The notes below the pieces were generated by a model. That model did not search any database. It was not told the DNA's origin and saw nothing but the letters and a program-made list of their open reading frames with translations. 64,000 nucleotides of DNA from Octopus sinensis. Lineage: Eukaryota. The stretch lies in contig NC_043004.1 of assembly GCF_006345805.1 (NCBI RefSeq), positions 78,492,001 through 78,556,000 of the forward strand, in the 5' to 3' direction. The position numbers were made by a program, and so were the translations under genes. This document shows, one piece after another, positions 53,325-64,000 of this stretch (positions are counted from its first letter, which is position 1; every line of letters starts with the position of its first letter).

Positions 53325-53790
53325 GAAGCGCAATGGCCCAGTGGTTAGGGCAGCGGACTCACGGTTTCGATTCCCAGATCGGGCATTGTGAGTGTTTATT
53401 GAGCGAAAATACCTAAAGCTCCACGAGGCTCCGGCAGGGGGTGGTGGTGAACCCTGCTGTACTCTTTCCCCACAACTTTTTCTCACTCTTTCTTCCTGTT
53501 TCTGTTGTACCTGTATTTCAAAGGGCCAGCCTTGTCACACTCTGTGTTATGCTGAATCTTCTCGAGAACTACGTGTATGTGGAGTGCTCAGCCACTTGCA
53601 CGTTAATAAATGAGCTGCGACGTCACTGGTGCCAAGCTGTATCGGCCTTTGCCTTTTCCTTGGATAACATCGGGGGCGTGGAGAGAGGATGGGCGACAGC
53701 TGGTCTTCCATAAACAACCTTTCCCAGACTTGTACCTCGGAGGGTAACATTCTAGGTGCAATTCCATGGTCATTCATGACTGAAGGAGGT
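53325..53790 (+). mobile_element. tRNA-derived SINE with RTE-derived tail
   Basis: gcgcaatggcccagtggttagggcagcggactc head; tail matches 682-840. Other SINEs lie at 51830-52035, 52300-52570, 54835-54960 and 57556-57715. Confidence 0.8.
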
Positions 53791-53869
53791 CACACTCACA
53801 TTTAACCAGTCGGTGCTCGAAAATTTTATCGAGGTACTACTTCCCGTTAGGACATGATGTTGCTACAAG

Positions 53870-54150
53870 AATATACAATATAATCCACAGAAAGGACTGC
53901 TCTGGAATAAATATTTTAAAAAAGCACCGCTGCTATGCAATGCATACATATTAGCACAAAGAGCATTGGTGGAATATTCAAAACTTATACCGTGCGTAAA
54001 CGTAACAGACCTGACATAGTTATTTGGAAGAAAAACGAAAAGTTATGTACATTCATAAACGAGAACATCTCTTCCAAAATCAGTAAAAAGGAGAATATCT
54101 ATGGATAACTATTTCAAACCTGCAACTTCTCTACACTGAGGATAAATTTT
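53870..54150 (+). mobile_element. RLE-type LINE fragment
   Basis: KRNRPDIVIWKKNEKLC...KKENIY motif. Confidence 0.5.
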
Positions 54151-56082
54151 TTCGCCCAAAATATAAATAATGATTTGGCAAAGCATTATAAGTCCCATTG
54201 CTTGCTGACTATTACGTATAAAGTTTAGACAAGCTGTCTCAACCAAGATCAAAGTAAGTCTAACAATATAGTAACAAATGAACAAGCAGGAAGAAAAAGA
54301 GTGTCGGGAGCGGGGGAGTATGGGGTGGTTTGTGTTTAACAATTTTGATTAAATAAACCTGTTTTGTCTGAAATAAGGAAATAGAAGAAAATAATAACGA
54401 TTCAGTTGCAAAAATGTATTTGATTCTATTCTCCGCTCGTTGTTGCTAAAGTCTCAACACTTGGCAAGAGTACCTACTGACCTAGTTAATAACGTTGAAA
54501 GATTCACAAAGACATCAATCAACAATCCTCGCACTTTTATCTGAAAGCGGAAAGATTGTTTTGTCGTTATGCATATTTCTAAAGGAATATTCCAGCGAGA
54601 CACAATGTCTGTGTTACTGTTTATTTTGGCACTAAACCCACTGTCATTTCTTTCATAATACAAAAATCCTGTTATTAATGTACTGAGATCCACAACAAGA
54701 TACTACTGTAAACCACAATTTCTTTGTGGACGATCTATAGATCTATAATGGAAATATTTACAATGCTGAGAAACAGCTGGATTTAATTACAACCTTTTTC
54801 AGCTGATATAAGTATGGACTCTGGTCATAAGAAACTAGTACTTATTTTATCGACCCTGAGAGGATGACAAGCATAGTCGACCTCGGTGGAATTCGAACTC
54901 AGAACGTAAAAACGGGCATTTTGTCTGGCATGCTAACGATTCTGCCAGTTCGCCGCCTTACTTTGCCATTGATAGGAAACACCGATCTGAGATCGATATA
55001 TAAGTACTTTTGCTTTTGTTGTCGAGTAGATTAATACACTTCAGTAGAAATATCGGTGGAACATCTCCCTTGAAGACTTCTATCAAACCAGACATGATAG
55101 ATCTGATGTCTTTGCCCGGGAGAGACACGAAACGTTTATGTCCGGTCATCAGGTCTGGTCGTTCTCTATATAAATGTGAACTTCTTTGCTCTTTTCCTTG
55201 TTTCAGTCATTAGACTGCAGCCATTCTGGGGCACCGCCTTGATGAATTTTTAGTCGAATGAATCAAGCCCAGGACTTATTCATTTTTAAGCGTGGTACTT
55301 ATTTTATAGGTGCCTTTTGTCGAGCCGCTAAGTTACGGAGACGTAAATACACCAACACCGGTTATCAAGAAGTGGTAGGGACAAACAGACACAAAGACAT
55401 ATACTTATGTATTAATGACATAAAAGTGATTCACAGGCGCGCGCGCACGTGTGCGAGTGAAAAGAAAGAAACAAACAAAACAGTGCTGCACTCATGACTT
55501 TCGGAAACATTTTTCCATGCTCAGAATTGCCGAAACATGGCATAAACTACCCACATCAGCAGTTAACTGTGAGAGCATTGCATCCTTCCCAAAATACCAT
55601 GCTTCCCCAAATTCACCAACATTATTCCTGACATATCTATTCACCATTTCTTCTTTATGGCTCTTTTAAACTTCACTTTTCTTTGTATTTTATTCTGTCT
55701 ATTGTACAAAATCATTTTGGCTTTCATTATTTTCTTTCTTTACTTGACTTAAAGCTGCTTTCGGTCCCCTTTTCCGAGGAGTTGTAAAGCACCTGAGCAC
55801 TAGTTAAGGTCATTATTATTATTATTATTAAAGGCACCTGGCCCCAAAGTCAGGGTACCCATGGTTTTTATGGGGTCTTTCCATGAGCAGCCCTCGAACG
55901 TCTCCTCCCTTTTGAGGATTACACATTATTGATTTCTTTCTTTTTCATAATGTTGTTAGTCTTGTTTACACGCAAAATCCTCACAACACTCACTCACACA
56001 CATACACACATACATTCTTTGTTTTGCCCGTTACTGTCCATAATGTATTTTCTTAATGTAAATCCCTGTGGTTAGTAAAGAA

Positions 56083-56167
<85 letters not shown>

Positions 56168-56250
56168 TTATTATTATTATTATTTTCATTATTATTATTA
56201 TTATTATCATCATCATTATTATTATTATTATTATCATTATTATTATTATT

Positions 56251-56764
56251 GAGGGGGAGAGCAGAGCATGCTATCAAAGTGACACTCGGGTAAAATATAC
56301 GAAGCCCAGTATTTCGATCATTGCTACCCGTCTGATAAGGGTATACTAGGCACATGCATCACAACCATATGTGCACAAGATGGTGATCCCGTATCAAGAT
56401 AAACAGCGTATGACCTTGCAAGTGGGGCCCAAATTAGAATTTTCTTCAAGTCGAGTAGTCCATCCCGCTCAAAAGGTCCTTGAATAAGGGTTGTTTAAGG
56501 ATGTTGAACGAAACACCCAAAGAATTATCCAAACCCCAATGAATTCCACCCAACACATGGCTACGATGGTCCCCCACTACTTCTGCTCGTGTTCAGAGTT
56601 GCACATATCGTCAGCCAGTAAGGAACATGCTCAACTGGTTAATGTCAAACAACTGACAAACAAATCTGTGGGTACTGAGCAGAATATTTGCTATACATGA
56701 TAATACTTACAAACAGTTAAGATTCGAAGCTATGAGAAACACTGCCTGGTATTGCATCAGTGCA
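56251..56764 (-). mobile_element. About 550-bp non-coding interspersed repeat ending in (TAA)n, copy 1
   Basis: Reverse complement of 62434-62990. Confidence 0.85.
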
Positions 56765-56769
56765 TTCAT

Positions 56770-57010
56770 TATATATCTATTATATAAAATACGTTCTGTC
56801 TGTCTGTGTGTATGTCTTCTAGGATCTCGGGCATCCTCCTTCCGATTGCGCTCAAATTTGATATGTAGATACCGACGGTATCAGGGCATGTATAGGTCTT
56901 GAAAAAATTACAAAAATCGATTCCAGGTGAGAATGCGAACGATAAAGCCGTGGGAACGTGCATTTGTACGCGCAATTACCATGCTTTTCCATCTAGATTT
57001 ACCTCCAGCT
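56770..57010 (+). mobile_element. Helitron-like 5' fragment
   Basis: tctattatataaaatacgttctgtctgtctgtgtg start. Confidence 0.5.
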
Positions 57011-57409
57011 AACCCATTTGCATGCATCGTTTTTGTCCTGCTTTTCTTCCGTCACCTGTACATAACTGCACCTTCCATTTTTTGTTGTTTTTGTACTGCT
57101 TAAAGGCACGTTTCTTTCCTGCCAAGCTTACTGTTTGAACCATGTTTGTGTTCTCCCAGTCAACAGCCTTATCATTACTGGTACATTTAACTCTTCGGTT
57201 GCATATTTGTGTGAATAAAATCGTTTTTCTTTGGAATAGAAAAAAGTCTATCTTCATTTCTTCTTTTGCTGGCGTCTCAAATTTAGGTTAAATCAGTGTT
57301 TCTCAAAGGGGAGGCCTATGAGACGGTCGGACAAGTTGTTTTGAGAAAATTTGGTTTAAATGTTTGACAACTCAGCACCGTCCATTGGATGGGGTGGGGC
57401 GTTTTGCTC

Positions 57410-57560
<151 letters not shown>

Positions 57561-58007
57561 CACTACGAACAGCTTGCTCCTGAAATTAACGTGCAAGTGG
57601 CTGAGCACTCCCCAGATACGCGTACTCTCAACGTAGTTCTCGGGAAGATTCAGCGTGACACAGAGTGTGGCAAGGAGCAATAAGAAATAATGTGTCTTGC
57701 TCAAGGACACAACGCGTCCATTTTTTCCAGCCGTTGGAAAATCAATTGTAGCAGTGACTCCATCAGTCCCTAGGGAAATAATATTCCGAAATATTATATC
57801 AGACTATGGATGATTAAATTACACCAGTTATTATTGTGCATTGTTGTGCCAATCAAAACACATTATTACTATGTTTGGATTAACTATATATATATATATA
57901 TATATATAGTTAATCCAAACATGAACAAAGAGAAAGCACAACAACGCGAGGACGTAGAACAAGTATAGTGTTATTGGACGCTCAGGAAAGGAAAGAAAGA
58001 AGGGAGG

Positions 58008-58041
58008 ATTTAACGTTTTGAGCGAAGCTCTTCGTCAGAAA
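58008..58041 (-). ncRNA. Minimal PLE-type hammerhead motif with a G12-to-A change
   Basis: UUU-CUGACGA-A-GAGC UUC GCUC-AAAA-CG-UU-AAA; lies in a PLE-like terminal repeat with an inverted end around (TA)n at 57870-57925. Confidence 0.5.
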
Positions 58042-58639
58042 CATAGAAAAATGAAAGGTCCAAGGAAGGGAATACGGAGAAAGAAAATCGCCAACGATAC
58101 ACATGCGGTCAAATACCTGTCTCCCTATCACTCACTGCTGCCATTATCATCATTATCATTGAAGACATCCTTCAGTCAGTCATTACAACCCTAGTAATAA
58201 GCAGCAGTAATTCCCACGCTGCCCGACAATATATTTAAGTCTTCCAGTTCCTGTAACTGAACTACTGTTAAAGTCCGTTGTGTTCACTCTCGGTACCCCT
58301 CTCTCTCTCTCTCTCTCACGGACCTCCTCCCTCTTTCTCCCCACTCTCTCCCCTCTCTCCCTTCTCTTTCTTCCCCCTTCTCTCTCGGTTTTATTTTTCA
58401 ACCACCGAATCACAGCTGTCAGATGCCGGCCTTCGGCGACCAAACCCTCGACCCCACAGAGCTTGCTTTGTGAGGAGGGTGTTTTCCTTGTTATTTGGTC
58501 ACCTTGCATGATTAAATAAGTAGACCTGTCAATGGACAGATGAACTCTGAAGAGTCAACGGCCATCCAAATAAGCAACTCTCGTTACTAGCTGTGCTGCT
58601 TATTGAGCCCTTACCCGTTGAAGACTGCAGCGATAAATT

Positions 58640-61600
58640 ACAACTCCGCTACCTTGCGGCAATGCTCACTTAAGGGAGAGGCTTTGGGAGTAAACTTTGA
58701 GGATAGATCCGGAGCCGGAGTCCCTAAGATAGTTCGATGCTGTAGACAACCTCGTTCTAGCAACTCCTGTATTGGCTCCCGCCCTTCCCTTGGATAACAC
58801 TGGTGGTGGTGGAAAGGGGAGATGCCTTGCATAGGCAACTGCCGATCTTCCATAAAAAACTGGCCAGGCCTGCGTCCTGGAGAGGACACTCTAGTGCCGT
58901 CCAACTGCAGCAGCAAAACACGGAAAGCAGCAGTCAACACGGAAAGCCAGAAAATGATTGGCGTAAGAGCAAGGCGCCAGGGGCTGCTTTCGACGGAGGG
59001 GGAGGCCATTGTGCTTCACAGTTACCGCTCGCCTCAAGCTCGACAGCTACCAGCCAGTTAAGTGCTGTCCCGTCACAGCCCACCTGTTCCACTAGGTGCG
59101 TGGGCCTCAGGGAAACTAATATCCTGAATCGTGGGCTACAAACACTGCCCCAAGAAAAACAAACAAACACGCAAACAATCAACGCAAGAAACCGGTATTC
59201 AGACTCGGACGTAGGAACATAAGGACCATGACAACTACTCTGTCGGAGGACCTTCAAAAGATCAGCGACACACACAAGACAGCAATGATCAACAACGAAC
59301 TGCTATGACTGCGAGTGCACATTGCAGCACACCAGGAGACGAGGCTCCCAGATTCGGTGACCCTTCGTGAAAGAGAGGATACTTTTCTGGCAAGGAAACA
59401 GCATAGATGAAAGCTGAGAATATAGTGTCGGCTTTGCCGTGAAGAACTCTCTGCTGAAGTTATTACAACTCAGCAGCGATTGTTCGGATACTCTCACTCG
59501 AATTGCACACTTCTGATGGGCCTGTCAACATTATCACTGCTTATTCCCCAACCTTCCATTCCACACAAGACACCAAGGGTAAGTTCTACGATCAGCTCTA
59601 TAGGAAAATACAGGTGATCCAGCTAACTGGTGCTACTTGGACACTTCAACACCAGAGTGGGAGCTGATGACGACTCCTGGCCAGGATGTCTGGATCGATA
59701 CGAGGTTAGCAACATGAATGAAAATGGGCAACGGCTGCTTGAGCTCTGTATGCTCCATAGACTATGTGTCACCAACACCTGCTTCTAGGCCAATGCTCAA
59801 TACAGAGTCTCCTGGCATCATCCTCGTCCAGGGCACTTACACCAGCTAGATTTGATTTTCCCAAAATGCAACCACCTGAGGAATGTCCTCCTAACTCAGT
59901 CTTTTCAGAGCACTGACTGTGACACGGATCACTCCCTGGTTTGCTGCAATCTCAAATTCCAACCAAAAATGATGCACTGCGCCAAACCCACAGGCAAGCA
60001 GCGTATCAATACTGCTGCAATCCAGCAGCCAACTAAGACAGATGCATTCCTCAAGACACTGGAAGACACCCTCCTTGCACACCTACCAAAAGGCAATATT
60101 CAACAGAGATGGGGCTCTCGCGAGGATATCATCCATAGCACCGCACTGAGGACCTTTACAATGAGGAGGAAAATGACACAAGACTGGTTTGAGGCGAGTG
60201 TGAAAGAGTTCAATACGTCCACGGGGAAGAAGCGTACTGCCCTGCTGGAGCACAAGCATCAACCCACCAGGGTAACGCTGCAAGCATTGAGATCAGCAAG
60301 GAACATGCAGAAGACAGTAAGACGCTGTGCAAATGACTACTGGTTACAACTATGTGAAGACATCCAACTGTCGTTTGACACGGCCAACATTCGCGGAATG
60401 TATGAGGGTACCAAGAAAATCATCGGCCCAACCCAGCGCCACTCAAATCCACATCAGGGGAAGTCATCAAGGTCAGTAGAGAGCAGCTGGAGAGATGAGG
60501 GTAACATTACTCTGAACTCTACGCCAAGGAAAGCATCTCGGACAGCGCGCTAGACACCGTAGAATACCTACCTGTCATGGGGATGCTGGACACACTGCCA
60601 ACTGCTGAAGAACTGAGCAGAGCCACCGGAAAAAACACCGGGTTTGGACGGCATCCCACCAAAGATCATCAGGTGTGCAAGGAAAGTTCTACTTAACCAT
60701 TTGCTGAAGCTGCTGTGTCAGTCCTGGGAGGAGGGAAGAGTCTCGCAAGACATGATAGACTGTCGCCCCATATAAGAACAAAGGGGACAGACGCGACTGC
60801 AATAATTACCGAGGTATCTCGCTGTTAAACATCGTCGGGAAGGTCTTTGCCCGCGTGATCCTAAACAGACTAGAGAAACCCTGAATGTCAGTGCGGTTTC
60901 AGATCAGAATGCTCCACCATCGACATGATCTTCTCTCTTCGACAGCTATAGAAGAAGTGCTGAGAGCAAAGGCAACCACTCTTCATCACCTTCATCGACC
61001 TCACAAGAAATGGCCTGTTCAAAATCCTTGCCAATATTGGCTGTCCTCCAAGACTCCTCAGGATTGTCCAATCGTTTCACGCGGATATGAAAGGCGTCGT
61101 TCAATCTGATTGCTCTTTGGAGGCATTCAACATACGAAGCGGCGTGAACCAGGGCTATGTACCTTCCCCCACCTTGTTTGGCATCTTCTTCACAGTCATG
61201 CTGAAACATGCATTTGGGACATCAACTGATGGTATCTACCTTCACACCAAATCAAACGGTAAACTGTTTAGTCTGTCGAGGCTCAAAGCAAAATCTAGGG
61301 TGCATCAGGTGCTCATCAGAGAAATTCTGTTCATGGACGACGCAGCATTGACAGCGTACTCCAAGGAGCAAATGCAGCAGCTCGTGAACAAAATCTCAAG
61401 GGCCAGTCAGGCATTCAGCCTGACTATCCGTCTGAAGAGGACCAACGTACGGGCCAAGGTGTCAAGTACCCCCACCACTCCCACTATCGTCATCAACAAC
61501 TACAAGCTGAAGGTAGTCCATGAATTCACTTACTTCGTCTCTACCATCTCTGATGACTTCTCCCTGGATCCTGAGATCAGCAGGCAAATTGGACGAGCAT

Positions 61601-62302
61601 CCTCCACGTTTGCCAGGCTCAAAAAGAGAATCTGGGAAAACAGAAAACTGGCTGCAAACACCAATATTGTTGTCTATAAGGCGTGCGTCCTTAGTACGCT
61701 ACTTTACGACAGTGAGACGTGGAGCCTCTACTTCAGAGATGAGACATCAACGTCTTTCAGCTTCGTAATTTCAGATGCATCTTGGATATCAAGTGGACCG
61801 ACTACCTCACCGACACCGACGTCCTCAACTGCACCAAGGTACCCAGGATATTCACTCTGTTCCAGCAGCATCGTCTGCTCTGGCTCGGTCATGTACATCG
61901 CATGCCGGACGGGAGGATCCCAAATGACCGCTTCTATGGGGAATTGGCCACCGGCACAAGAACGCGAGGACGACCTCATCTTCGTTTCAAGGACGATTGC
62001 AAGATAGATATGAAGTCGCTTGATCTGGACGTCGCAAATGATCGCCCGTGCTGGAGACAAATACTGCGAAAGGGGATGAAGAAAGCGGAAGGAAAACAGG
62101 AACTCGCCACCAAAGAAAAGCGCACTCGACGGAAGGAAAAACTAGTAGCGCCGGTAGAGAGCTCTTTCGAACGCAGTCGCCGTGTGTGTGACTGCCGCTC
62201 CCGATTGGACCTCTTCAGCCACAGCAGACGCTGCACCACCATCAAAAACTGATACGATTTCTCTGGGCGCAGATTCATGGCATCTCGAAGACCGATAGAT
62301 GC
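58640..62302 (+). mobile_element. RTE-clade LINE, near full length, decayed
   Basis: NIRTM...IAAHQETRL APE start near 59210; [26 protein letters not shown] and LFMDDAAL RT motifs; LLWLGHVHRM...GRP.LRFKD C-terminus; (ACT)n tail from 62303; many frameshifts. Confidence 0.9.
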
Positions 62303-62433
<131 letters not shown>

Positions 62434-62990
62434 TGCCCTGATGCAGTCCCAGACAGTGGCTCTCATGGCTTCTGATCTTAACTGATTGGAGGTGTTATCA
62501 TGTACATTGTTTTGTCTTGGTATAAAAGATGGGCTACAGCAAATATTCTGCTCAATACCACAGATTTGCTTGTCAGTTGTTTGACCTTAACCAGTTGAGC
62601 ATGTCCCTTAGTGGCTGACGATATGTCCATCTCTGATCACGAGCAGAAGTAGTGGGGGAGCATCATAGCCATGTGTTGAGAGGGATTCTTTGGGGTTTGA
62701 ATAATTCACCTCTGGAAACATGGGTGTTTCGTTCAACGTCCTTAAACAACCCTTATTCAGGGACCTTTTGAGCGGGATGGGCTACTCAACCTGAAGAAAT
62801 TTCTAACTGGGCCCCACCTGCAAGGTCATGTGCTGCTTATCTTGATATGAGATCACCATGTGGCGCACACATGGTTGTGATGCATGTGCCTGGTGTACCC
62901 TTATCAGACGGGTAGTCATGATGGGTATATACTGGGCTTCGTATATTTTACCCCAGTGTCACTTTGATGGCATGCTCTGCTCGCTCACTC
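62434..62990 (+). mobile_element. About 550-bp non-coding interspersed repeat flanked by (TAA)n, copy 2
   Basis: Matches the reverse of 56251-56764. Confidence 0.85.
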
Positions 62991-63011
62991 AATAATAATA
63001 ATGATAATAAT

Positions 63012-63130
63012 GCAGCCTTATTGGGCACAGCGCACATCTTAAAGAAAGTATTATCTGTCTGAGGTCCTTGTTGAGACTTGACAGATGATTAAAGACTTCG
63101 GTGCATTTTTACCTACACTGTGTTACAAAG

Positions 63131-63131
<1 letters not shown>
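63012..63131 (+). mobile_element. R4/Dong-like LINE 3' stub
   Basis: AALLGTAHILKKVLSV-stop, flanked by (AAT)n on both sides. Confidence 0.7.
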
Positions 63132-63213
<82 letters not shown>

Positions 63214-63226
63214 TATATATATATAT

Positions 63227-64000
<774 letters not shown>

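Noticed and set aside
55085-55160. ctgatga and gaaac motifs in a palindromic region
   Set aside because: No consistent hammerhead topology on either strand.
56740-56760. cctggtattgca match to the U2 snRNA 3' region
   Set aside because: Short match only, on the antisense strand of an interspersed repeat, with no other U2 elements.
58603-59275. Several overlapping ORFs of 60-140 aa
   Set aside because: GC-rich 5' region of the RTE element; no independent gene evidence.

Overview
Eukaryotic, AT-rich, repeat-saturated DNA, most likely an octopus/coleoid cephalopod (inferred from the tRNA-derived SINE types and the very high microsatellite load). Most of the window is microsatellite, SINE, LINE (a near full-length Tx1/L1-clade element, a decayed RTE, several R4/Dong-like fragments), Penelope-like remnants with hammerhead ribozyme motifs, Helitron-like non-autonomous elements, MITEs, hAT and mariner fragments. 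The only host genes I can support are two convergent paralogues encoding small secreted peptides with an identical six-cysteine framework (C-x6-C-x5-C-x6-C-x-C-x11-C). Gene A (+): non-coding exon about 9644-9745, exon 2 18429-18642, exon 3 from 24340; 76 aa. Gene B (-): exon 2 42364-42160, exon 3 from 33565; 90 aa. The ORF-track stops of both are part of a conserved TT|GTAAGT splice donor, and homologous last exons were found by eye. Conserved signal peptides with hypervariable cysteine-scaffolded mature regions resemble a toxin/defence-peptide family. All alignments and folds were done by eye; no database search was run.
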